From assembly GCA_017471925.1 (NCBI GenBank), contig JAFURM010000008.1, forward strand, positions 14,861 through 78,860: a stretch of DNA of 64,000 nt, given 5' to 3'. Positions 9,843-18,734 of this stretch are shown piece by piece. The translations under genes were made by a program, and so were the position numbers. Numbering within the stretch: position 1 is the stretch's first letter; the number at the start of each line of letters is the position of its first letter. The stretch is from Bacteroides sp. (lineage in GTDB: Bacteria; Bacteroidota; Bacteroidia; Bacteroidales; Bacteroidaceae). The notes beneath the pieces are model-generated. The model saw nothing but the letters and a program-made list of their open reading frames with translations. It searched no databases and had not been told where the DNA came from.

Positions 9843-10004
9843 GGTGCTTCAATACAGCTATTACCTTATATAAATACAACAACGGCAAAAATACTGCATC
9901 CATAGGCGTCATTTAATTCATTTTCATTCTTTAACACTCGCAGATGCAGTAATCACGCCCCTCCTGCGTTATGAAAAGCAGAAACGAGTTTAAACGAAAG
10001 AAGT

Positions 10005-10733
10005 ATGCCATTCACCGGAAAGACCATCTGCCTCCTGCTGCTCCACGCAGCGTTCCTGCTCCTCACGGCCTCCTGCAGTACGGAGGATGCCGACGGGATG
10101 GAAATGTACCCGCCTGCCACCAGCGACGGAAGCACGGAGTCGTCACTGGCCATCGGCACACTGAAACTCATGGAGGAGAACGACTATTACTTCGCCCTGG
10201 ACGAGGGGAGCAAACTCTATCCGGAAGACACTACCGCCATACACGGCTACCGACTGATTGACGGACAGCGTGCCTTCATACTCTTCCGCCTGATGGAGAT
10301 GAAGCGCACGGGCTATGACTACTGTGCGCAGGTGCTGAAGATAGAGAACATCCTGACCAAGGAGACCTACCCCATGCCGGCCGAGAAGGCCGACAGCATA
10401 GGCAACGACCCGATAGAAATTACCGAAGCCTGGGCTTCGGCCGAGCACCTGAATATCCAATACAGCTTCTACTATACGCCGCAGATGAACACCGCGCATA
10501 TGTTGAGCTTAGTGGCCAACCTGGACGGAGAGACGGAAGATGCCGCAGGCAGGCCCTGCCTGGAGTTCCGTCACAACGCCTTTGGCGACACGGCAGGGGG
10601 CACGAAGCGACAGGGCATCGTCTCCTTCGCCTTGCGGAGCGTGGAAGAGATGCTGAAGGGGAAGAGCACGCTCTGCCTGCGCCACTACGGCAGCGGAGCG
10701 GAACGAAAGGAGACTATGATAACTCTTGATTAA
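10005..10733 (+). CDS. NigD-like lipoprotein
   Basis: Lipobox LTASC, GQRA, ILTK, SIGNDPI, LEFRHNAFGD; divergent from ECF sigma. Confidence 0.8.
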   Translation: MPFTGKTICLLLLHAAFLLLTASCSTEDADGMEMYPPATSDGSTESSLAIGTLKLMEENDYYFALDEGSKLYPEDTTAIHGYRLIDGQRAFILFRLMEMKRTGYDYCAQVLKIENILTKETYPMPAEKADSIGNDPIEITEAWASAEHLNIQYSFYYTPQMNTAHMLSLVANLDGETEDAAGRPCLEFRHNAFGDTAGGTKRQGIVSFALRSVEEMLKGKSTLCLRHYGSGAERKETMITLD

Positions 10734-10781
10734 CAATACAGACTTACCTAAACCTTTGCTAAAGCATACCTATGCTGACGG

Positions 10782-10818
10782 GAGTGGGTGCGCGTGGAGG
10801 CGCATCCACTCTTTTTTT
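10782..10818 (+). terminator. Intrinsic terminator between convergent nigD-like and HTCS genes
   Basis: GAGTGGGTGCGC / GCGCATCCACTC stem followed by T7. Confidence 0.8.
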
Positions 10819-10823
10819 AGCAT

Positions 10824-13800
10824 TCACTCCTTGGTGCCGTTGCGTTCCGCATATTCGGTAGGGGTAAGGCCATACTTCTCACGGAAGGAACTGGAGAAAT
10901 GGGAGAGGTTGGAGTAGCCCGTGGCATAGGCCACTTCGGAGATGGAGAGCTTGCGGTCCTCGGCCAACAGTCGGGCAGCCTGCTGCAGGCGGATGTTGCG
11001 GATGAAGTCACGGGCCGAAAGGTTGGTCAGTTCCTTCAGCTTACGATGAATATGTACGCGGCTGAGTCCCACCTCGGCAGCCAGCATCTCCACGTTGAAC
11101 TCGCTGTTGGCCATCTGTTCGTTCACCACCTTCATGATTTTGGCCATCAGCTTCTCGTCATTGGACTTCATGGTGATGCCTTCCAGCCTGCCCTCCTGCT
11201 CCTGTGCACCACTGAACTTGTTGCGCAGCAGGCGGCGGTTGGCAATGAGGTTGGCGATGGTGCTCTTCAGCAAGGCGGTATTGAAAGGCTTCACCATGTA
11301 AGCGTCCGCCCCTTGCTCCAGGCCTTCCTGACGGTCCTCGGGCTTCGACTTGGCCGTGAGCAGGATGACGGGCACATGGTTCACCTGCGTGCTCTGCCTG
11401 ATTTTCCGGCAGAGGGCCAGGCCATCCATCTCGGGCATCATCAGGTCGCTGATGACCAGGTCGGGCGTGTCGTTCAGTATGCGTTCATAGGCTTCGCGAC
11501 CGTTGCTGCACAGTTCTACGCGATAGTCGTCCGAGAGTTCCTCCTTCAGATAGGTACGTATGTCCACTTCATCTTCGGCTATCAGCACCTTGTAGCGGCT
11601 CTTTCCCTTGGCCGCCTTGGTTTGGGGAGTGTCTGCGTCATCATACTCCTCCTCCATCGGCAGGGCATGGGGTTTGCTCTGCGGATGGGGTTCGAAGCCC
11701 GCCTGCACCCCACTCTCCAGTTCATCGGCCCGCAAATGGTCTGACCCGAGGGGAATGCGGATGATGAAACGGCTGCCGGAGGTGTCTTCCCTGTTCTCGG
11801 CCAGGATGACGCCATGATGCAACCTCACTAACGAACGCGAGAGGTGCAGGCCGATGCCCGTACCGAAGTTGGACTTGGTCACGTCGTTCTCTATCTGGTA
11901 GAACCTTTCGAAGATGCGCTCTATCTGGTCGCGGTCGATGCCGATGCCGCTGTCCTCCACCGTAATTTCAAAGTAGCGTTGCAGGGCGTCGCGTCGGGCC
12001 GGGTCCTTGCCCGTCAGGAGGCTCACCCTGATTTCTCCCTCCTCGGGCGTGTACTTGAAAGCGTTGGAGAGGATGTTCATCAATATCTTGTCGAAGTTGT
12101 TCAGGTCCACCCACACCTTCAGTTGCTCCATGTCGTGCTCAAAGGTGAAGCGGATGCGCTTCTTCCGCGCCATGTATTCGAAGGTCTGCATCAGGTCGGC
12201 CACGAAGCCCACCATGTCGGTCTCCCTCATGTGCATCTGCATCTGTCCCTTGTCCAGTTTCCGGATGTCCATCAACTGGTTGATGAGGCGCAGGATGCGC
12301 TGTGCATTGCGGTAAATCATCTGGTAGTTCTTCTGCAGTTCGCCCTCCCTGCAGTCGGCCAGTAGTTTCTCCAATGGGTTGATGATGAGTGTCATCGGGG
12401 TGCGTATCTCGTGAGAGATATTGATGAAGAACTGCAGCTTGGCCTCGTTCAGTTGCTCGGCATGTTCGCGTTTCATGATTTCGCGACGGTGGCGCATACG
12501 CGACAACAGGATGTTGACCGCGCCCCACACGAGCAGGGCCAGCAGCAGGACGTAGATGATGTAGGCCCACCAGGTGGCATACCACGGGGGCAGGATGTGA
12601 ATCTCCACAGTGCGCTCGCCCGAAGTGGTGCCGTGGGTCATGGCGCGGACGGAGAAGTGATAGGTGCCGGGCGGCAGGTTGTTGTAGGTCACCCGGTTGA
12701 CGCCCGGTGCCGTAGTCAGCCACTGTCTGCCCAGTTCCTCTATCCGGTATTGGTAGGCTATCTGTTCGGTGTTGTTGTATTGCAGGGTAGAGAAGGTGAG
12801 ACTGAAGGTGTTGTCCCTATGGGCCAGGCAGAAGCGGTGAGCGTCCTGCACGGCTGTCTCCACCACCTGCCGGCCGCCGGAGAGGGTGCCTTTGTGCACC
12901 GGCCGGTTGAAGATGGAGAATCCGGTAATCCACACCTGCATGTTCTTGGCCGTGGGGCCCACGGTAGCGGGATGGAAGAAGGTGATGCCGCTCATACCGC
13001 CGAAGTAGATGCGCCCGTCACGGTCCTTGTGATAGGCGCCGTGGGCAAACTCGTTGCCCTGCAGGCCGTCGGCCGAGTAGTAGTTGATGAAACGCTGCTC
13101 CTTGCGGTCGTAGCGGCTGATGCCCATGTAGGTGCTGAGCCACAGGTCGCCTGACTCGTCCTCGCAGATGCCGCAGACGACATTGTTGGGCAGGCCTTCC
13201 TTTTCGGTGAAACGCTGCAGGGCACCGCTCTTCTTGTCGAAGCGATAGAGGCCGTCGGTAGTACCGGCCCAGATGTTTCCCTCGGCATCTTCCTGCAGGG
13301 CATAGCCCACGCAGCCGGAGATTTGCCTGTTTCTTCCGCCATAGTTCAGGAAACTTCCCGTGCGGGGGTTGAAGCAGCTCACGCCTCTGTAGTGGCCTAT
13401 CCAGAGGAGGCCCTCACTGTCACAGAAAAGGCTGTTCACCCAGTCGTTGGCCAGTTCGTCGCGGGTCAGGTCGTCACGGTCGTCCTTGGAGGATTCATAG
13501 TGTTGCAGGCGGCCCGTGCGCAGGTCATAGCGGTAGAAGCCCGCTCCCAGCGTGCCGATGTAGAGGTGCTTATCGGCATCTTCCACGATGGAGTAGATGC
13601 GCTCGTTGGCAATGTTCAGGGGATAGGTGCAGCGGCCCGTGCGCCTATCCAGGCGAGCCACTCCGCGGGTGTAGGAGCCGAGCCAGAAGTTGTCCTCACT
13701 GTCCCGGTGCAGGCAGGTGACTACCGACGGCACACCGTCGGGCGCGGCAGACGGGCGGTAGTGGCGCACGCGCTGTCCCTCGGCATCGAGTTCATAAAGT

Positions 13801-14924
13801 CCTTCATTGTCCGTGCCTACCCACAGGTGACGGTCGGCATCACGGTAGAGGGCCATGACACAGCCCGTACCGATGGGGTTGTTACGGTTCAGCTTCTCGC
13901 CATAGTAGCCGAATTGGTTCTGCCCCGCTGTCATCAGGGCCACCCCCTTTTGAAAGAGTCCTAACCAGAGATTGCCCTCCCGGTCTTCCATGATGGAGTG
14001 CACCTTGCCCGCCGAATAGTCGCGCAGCCCGGTGCTCAGCGGACAGTCTTCCAGGCATTGGCGGTCAGGGTCGTAACGTTTCAGTCCGTCGCCGTCGGTG
14101 CCCACAAGCAGACGGCCGTCCACCACCTCCAGGCAGTAGACCGAGAGACTTTTGCCGCCGGCATAGGGCACGGGATGAAAGGTGTCGGCCTCGCGGTCGT
14201 AGCGCAGGAGACCGCCTTTCAGGGTGCCGACAAAGAGCGTACCTCGCGTGTCCTCACCGATGGCCATGATGCAGTCATCGGCAATGGCCGGATAGCGATA
14301 GTGCTTCACGTCACTGCCATCTGGCAGGCGGTAGCGCGTCAGGCCCCGCTGTTCCGTACCCACCCATATGTAGCCGTGCATATCCTCGTACAGGCTGTTG
14401 AAGTTGAAGTAATTGAGATGTTTCATCAGTTCGGCCTGATGCACACCCACAGAGAGGTCACGCTCTATCCGAAAGAGTCCCTGACCCGAAGTGACCACCC
14501 ACAGTTCGCCATTGCGCAACTGCCTCATTTGGGTCACGTGGGGATTGACACGCTTACCGTCGCGCATCAGGGGAATCTCATGGAAGGAATCGGTGGCACG
14601 GTCATAGCGCATCAGGCCGTCGATGCAGCCCACAAGCAGGTTCTGCCTGTCGTCCTCGAAGAGCGTGCGCACATAGTTGTTACGGATGGTGGTGGTGTCG
14701 CCCGGCAGAGAGCGGTAGGTGGTGAAGTGGAGGCCGTCGAAACAGTTCAGGCCATACTCGGTGGCTATCCAGACGTAGCCCCGGCTGTCTTGGAAGAGTT
14801 GGTTCACCAGACTGCTGGAGAGTCCGCTCTCCGTGGAGTAGAAGCGTTCGGTCTGTGCCCGCATGAACGGTGCGGAGAGCAACAGGAAGAGGAGCAGCAG
14901 GGGACGGAATATCGGGTTGTTCAT
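10824..14924 (-). CDS. Hybrid two-component system regulator of the xylan PUL (XynR-like)
   Basis: Signal peptide from MNNPIFR (ATG 14924), beta-propeller repeats, Y_Y_Y, TM, ISHEIRTPM HisKA, HATPase, receiver DLMMP, AraC HTH; divergent from susC. Confidence 0.93.
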   Translation of the reverse strand: MNNPIFRPLLLLFLLLSAPFMRAQTERFYSTESGLSSSLVNQLFQDSRGYVWIATEYGLNCFDGLHFTTYRSLPGDTTTIRNNYVRTLFEDDRQNLLVGCIDGLMRYDRATDSFHEIPLMRDGKRVNPHVTQMRQLRNGELWVVTSGQGLFRIERDLSVGVHQAELMKHLNYFNFNSLYEDMHGYIWVGTEQRGLTRYRLPDGSDVKHYRYPAIADDCIMAIGEDTRGTLFVGTLKGGLLRYDREADTFHPVPYAGGKSLSVYCLEVVDGRLLVGTDGDGLKRYDPDRQCLEDCPLSTGLRDYSAGKVHSIMEDREGNLWLGLFQKGVALMTAGQNQFGYYGEKLNRNNPIGTGCVMALYRDADRHLWVGTDNEGLYELDAEGQRVRHYRPSAAPDGVPSVVTCLHRDSEDNFWLGSYTRGVARLDRRTGRCTYPLNIANERIYSIVEDADKHLYIGTLGAGFYRYDLRTGRLQHYESSKDDRDDLTRDELANDWVNSLFCDSEGLLWIGHYRGVSCFNPRTGSFLNYGGRNRQISGCVGYALQEDAEGNIWAGTTDGLYRFDKKSGALQRFTEKEGLPNNVVCGICEDESGDLWLSTYMGISRYDRKEQRFINYYSADGLQGNEFAHGAYHKDRDGRIYFGGMSGITFFHPATVGPTAKNMQVWITGFSIFNRPVHKGTLSGGRQVVETAVQDAHRFCLAHRDNTFSLTFSTLQYNNTEQIAYQYRIEELGRQWLTTAPGVNRVTYNNLPPGTYHFSVRAMTHGTTSGERTVEIHILPPWYATWWAYIIYVLLLALLVWGAVNILLSRMRHRREIMKREHAEQLNEAKLQFFINISHEIRTPMTLIINPLEKLLADCREGELQKNYQMIYRNAQRILRLINQLMDIRKLDKGQMQMHMRETDMVGFVADLMQTFEYMARKKRIRFTFEHDMEQLKVWVDLNNFDKILMNILSNAFKYTPEEGEIRVSLLTGKDPARRDALQRYFEITVEDSGIGIDRDQIERIFERFYQIENDVTKSNFGTGIGLHLSRSLVRLHHGVILAENREDTSGSRFIIRIPLGSDHLRADELESGVQAGFEPHPQSKPHALPMEEEYDDADTPQTKAAKGKSRYKVLIAEDEVDIRTYLKEELSDDYRVELCSNGREAYERILNDTPDLVISDLMMPEMDGLALCRKIRQSTQVNHVPVILLTAKSKPEDRQEGLEQGADAYMVKPFNTALLKSTIANLIANRRLLRNKFSGAQEQEGRLEGITMKSNDEKLMAKIMKVVNEQMANSEFNVEMLAAEVGLSRVHIHRKLKELTNLSARDFIRNIRLQQAARLLAEDRKLSISEVAYATGYSNLSHFSSSFREKYGLTPTEYAERNGTKE

Positions 14925-15089
14925 AGTGCGTACATTTATATAAGGTATCGGCAAAGATACGCAATATTTCCAAACGGCCGGCAAAGCGCAACGGAAAGTT
15001 GCGCCACACACGCCATAATTCTGTTCCATCCACGTCATAAAGAGACTTGGAGGGGGAGATATAAGCCGGACATCCGCAGGTCATGCTAT

Positions 15090-15170
15090 GAATCACGTCC
15101 TGATTCTTAAGACTCAGGCCGTGATTCATAAGAATACAGGCGCGATTCTTAAGAATCAGGGCTGTATTCC
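15090..15170. repeat. 21-bp periodic palindromic repeats
   Basis: GATTC at 15102/15123/15144 and TATTC at 15165; perfect palindrome GATTCTTAAGAATC at 15144-15157. Confidence 0.7.
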
Positions 15171-15282
15171 CAAGTTGTTCCATTGGCCGTCTCTCCTTGC
15201 GGCAGGCGGAAAGCCGGCTTGTCATGCGGACGATGGAACTTTTTCGCACGCATGGACGGCAGGACGGGCGCATACAGACCGA

Positions 15283-15424
15283 TGTAACGACAGGAAAGTA
15301 TGTTATACGACATAAATGTAACACTCGGAACAATTCTTGTAACACAGGGAATAGCGATGTTACATTTAAATGTAACACAGGTAACATTCAAGACAGCCGT
15401 TTCTGTAACTTTCGGATAACTTTG
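15283..15424 (+). promoter_or_regulatory. susC promoter with clustered TGTAAC operator-like motifs
   Basis: TGTAAC at 15283, 15317, 15338, 15371, 15404; perfect 20-bp palindrome TGTTACATTTAAATGTAACA at 15358-15377; -7 element TAACTTTG at 15417-15424. Confidence 0.7.
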
Positions 15425-15575
15425 CGATAGTCGAAACAACGTATGTATAACCCTTAATCTAAACAATGCCCAAGATGAAGACATAAGAACAAACCTTGCG
15501 TTACACCTTATTAATATAATAGGGAACAGACCATCAATGAGAGCATCAATAACTATCCATTAAATTAATTTCATT

Positions 15576-18500
15576 ATGAAATGCACAAATTCTTTTCTTA
15601 AGTCCATCGGACTTATCTTCGCGCTGTGCCTGCTGCCTCTTTGGGCTTATGCACAGAACATCACTGTGAAAGGAACAGTGAAAGACGCACTCGGGCCGGT
15701 CATCGGTGCCAGTGTAGTACAAAAAGGGACGAGCAACGGTGTAGTGACCGACCTTGACGGTAACTATAGCCTGACGGTTCCCTCCAACAGCACCATCATC
15801 GTCTCTTTCATCGGCTACAAGACTCAAGAGATTGCCGTAGCCGGCAAGCGGGTCATTGACGTAGTGATGAAGGAAGACAGCGAACTGCTGGAAGAAGTGG
15901 TAGTCGTAGGCTACGGACAGATGAAGCGCTCCGACCTGACGGGTGCCGTGGTCTCCGTAGGCGACCAGGCCATCAAGAAGTCCGTGCCCACCTCCATCGA
16001 CCAGGTGCTCCAGGGACGTGCAGCCGGTGTGCAGATTCAGGCCAACTCGGGTACGCCGGGTGCCTCCACCTCTATCCGCATCCGTGGTATCAACTCTCTG
16101 AATGCCACCAACCAGCCCATCTTCGTCATCGACGGAGTTGTCGTGGATTCGGCCACCGATGACGAAAACAGCAACCCCCTCTCCAGCATCAACCCTTCGG
16201 ACATTGTCTCCATGGACGTGCTGAAGGATGCCTCGGCCACAGCCATCTACGGTAGCCGTGCCTCCAACGGTGTCATCATGATTACCACCAAGCGCGGACA
16301 GTCCGGCGAAGCTACCATCACCTACGACGGCTATGCAGGCTGGCAGGAGATGCCCAAGCAGTTAGAGATGCTGAACCTCCGCGAATATGCCGAACATCAC
16401 AACGTGCGTGCCACCACGCTGAGCAGCGTGACACAGAGCGATGCCTTCGTACGCCCCGACCTCCTCGGCGAGGGTACCAACTGGCAGGACGAACTGTTCC
16501 AGAAAGCCTTCATGACCAGCCATAACCTCTCAGTGAGCGGCGGTAACGACAAGACGACCTACGCCTTCAGCGCCGGCTATCTGAACCAGGACGGTATAGC
16601 CCTGAACTCCAGCTTCCGCCGTCTCTCCATGCGCGGCAACATGGACACGCAAATCAAGCAGTGGCTGAAGGGCGGCTTCAGCTTCTCGTTTGCCGAGTCC
16701 AAGCAGAACGTGGGTACCGACAACAACACCATCATGAGTGCCCTGCAACAGCAGCCCACCGTGGCCGTGACATCACCTGACGGTTCCTTCGACGGTCCCG
16801 ATGACGTGTGGATGCCCGACAACCCCGTTGGTCTCTCCACCCTGCGCACCAACAACAACCGCAAGACGAACTTCCGCCTGAACACTTACCTGGAAGCCGA
16901 AATACTGAAAGGCCTGACCTTCAAGACCGAAGTGTCTGCCGACTGGAACTTCAACAAGTTCTACTACTATCAGCCCGACTACCAGTTTGGCGTGAAGACT
17001 CAGGATATCCGCACCTCCAAGCGTACCACTACCGACACCAAGTATTGGAGCTGGCGCAACATCCTGACCTATAACACAACGATTGCCGAAAAACACAACA
17101 TCAACGCCATGCTGGGTCAGGAAATGTCCCACTCCTCTTGGGAGACACAAGTGGGCAGTGCCAACGGCTACCTGACCAACACCACCCCCGACCTGAGCGC
17201 AGGTGACATTACCACCTCTACCGCCACCGGTTCACGCGTGGAAAACTCCATAGCCTCTGTCTTCGGACGTGCCTTCTACTCCTATGACAACCGCTACCTG
17301 GTAACGGCCACCATACGCCGCGACGGTTCGTCCAAGTTCGCCAAGGGTAACAAGTGGGGATGGTTCCCCTCAGTAGCCCTCGCCTGGCGTGCTTCCGAAG
17401 AGTCCTTCCTGAAGAACGTAGAGCTGATCAAAAACCTGAAGGTACGTGCCGGATGGGGTGCCACCGGTAACCAGAACGTGAGCGACTTCGCCTACATGGC
17501 CCTGCTCTCTTTCAAAACCACACCCTGGGGCACAGGCGTACTGACAGGCAACACGGCCAACCCCGACCTGACATGGGAAACCACCCACTCCTACAACTTC
17601 GGTATCGACCTCGGCCTGCTGGATAACCGCATCGAGATTGTGGCCGATGTCTACTACAAAAAGACCAAGAACCTGTTGCTGCAACTTCCCTTGCCCTCCT
17701 ACCTGGGCTCATCGGGCGCAGGTGCCGCTTCCAACCCGTGGGGTAACGTAGGCTCCTTGGAAAACAAAGGTTTCGAGCTGACCGTGAACACTACCAACAT
17801 CACTAACAAGAACTTCACCTGGACCACCAACCTGGTGTTCTCCATGAACCGCAACAAGGTAGTAGAGCTGGACACTGACAACTCCAGCATCGAAAAGACC
17901 TTCGCCATCGGCTCCACCAACTACATCGTAACCAAGACCACCGTGGGCCAGCCCATCGGACAGTTCTACGGCTACAAGGTCATCGGCCGCTTTGACGAGC
18001 CCACCGACTTCTACTACAAGGACGCACAAGGCAACATCCAACAGGTAGCCATCCCCGAAGGCAACACCATCGCCAAGAGCAGTACCTGGATAGGTGACTA
18101 CATTTATGAAGACAAGAACCGCGACGGCGTCATCAACAACGAAGACATGAGCTACATCGGTAACCCCGAACCCAAGTTCACCTTCGGTCTTGGCAACACC
18201 TTCTCTTACAAGGGCATTGACCTCACCATCTTCTTCTCCGGCTCTTACGGCAACAAGGCACTGAACCTCACCCGTTCACGCATTGAAGACCCGCGTCTGA
18301 ACAGCAATATCCTGAAGTCAGCGCTGAACTATGCCGTAGTGGAAAAGATTGACCCCAATGGTCCGGACGATGACTTCCGTAACCTCCACGTGACAGGCGG
18401 CTCTGCCTCCATGCCCGCCATGCAGGTGTCCGATGCCAACAACAACTACACCCGCATCAGTGACATGCTCATCGAGGATGCCTCTTACATCCGACTGCAG

Positions 18501-18725
18501 AACCTCTCCATTGGCTATACCTTCCCCAAGAAACTCATCAGCAAAATCAACCTGAACAATCTGAGAGTATATGCCAACATACAGAACGTGTTCACACTGA
18601 GCAAGTATGACGGACTCGACCCCGAAGTGGGTGCCATGTACGGCGATGCCTTGATGACAGGCGTAGACTATGGCCGCTACCCCTCACCGCGCATCTACAC
18701 CTTCGGTCTGAACGTCTCTTTCTAA
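15576..18725 (+). CDS. susC: SusC-like TonB-dependent transporter
   Basis: EEVVVVGYG, VLKDASATAIYGSRASNGVIMITTKRG, RRDGSSKF, C-terminal GLNVSF. Confidence 0.97.
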   Translation: MKCTNSFLKSIGLIFALCLLPLWAYAQNITVKGTVKDALGPVIGASVVQKGTSNGVVTDLDGNYSLTVPSNSTIIVSFIGYKTQEIAVAGKRVIDVVMKEDSELLEEVVVVGYGQMKRSDLTGAVVSVGDQAIKKSVPTSIDQVLQGRAAGVQIQANSGTPGASTSIRIRGINSLNATNQPIFVIDGVVVDSATDDENSNPLSSINPSDIVSMDVLKDASATAIYGSRASNGVIMITTKRGQSGEATITYDGYAGWQEMPKQLEMLNLREYAEHHNVRATTLSSVTQSDAFVRPDLLGEGTNWQDELFQKAFMTSHNLSVSGGNDKTTYAFSAGYLNQDGIALNSSFRRLSMRGNMDTQIKQWLKGGFSFSFAESKQNVGTDNNTIMSALQQQPTVAVTSPDGSFDGPDDVWMPDNPVGLSTLRTNNNRKTNFRLNTYLEAEILKGLTFKTEVSADWNFNKFYYYQPDYQFGVKTQDIRTSKRTTTDTKYWSWRNILTYNTTIAEKHNINAMLGQEMSHSSWETQVGSANGYLTNTTPDLSAGDITTSTATGSRVENSIASVFGRAFYSYDNRYLVTATIRRDGSSKFAKGNKWGWFPSVALAWRASEESFLKNVELIKNLKVRAGWGATGNQNVSDFAYMALLSFKTTPWGTGVLTGNTANPDLTWETTHSYNFGIDLGLLDNRIEIVADVYYKKTKNLLLQLPLPSYLGSSGAGAASNPWGNVGSLENKGFELTVNTTNITNKNFTWTTNLVFSMNRNKVVELDTDNSSIEKTFAIGSTNYIVTKTTVGQPIGQFYGYKVIGRFDEPTDFYYKDAQGNIQQVAIPEGNTIAKSSTWIGDYIYEDKNRDGVINNEDMSYIGNPEPKFTFGLGNTFSYKGIDLTIFFSGSYGNKALNLTRSRIEDPRLNSNILKSALNYAVVEKIDPNGPDDDFRNLHVTGGSASMPAMQVSDANNNYTRISDMLIEDASYIRLQNLSIGYTFPKKLISKINLNNLRVYANIQNVFTLSKYDGLDPEVGAMYGDALMTGVDYGRYPSPRIYTFGLNVSF

Positions 18726-18734
18726 TCTTCTAAA

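Noticed and set aside
14925-15484. ORFs and HTCS N-terminal extension in the HTCS-susC spacer
   Set aside because: Regulatory and repeat DNA; no coding signature
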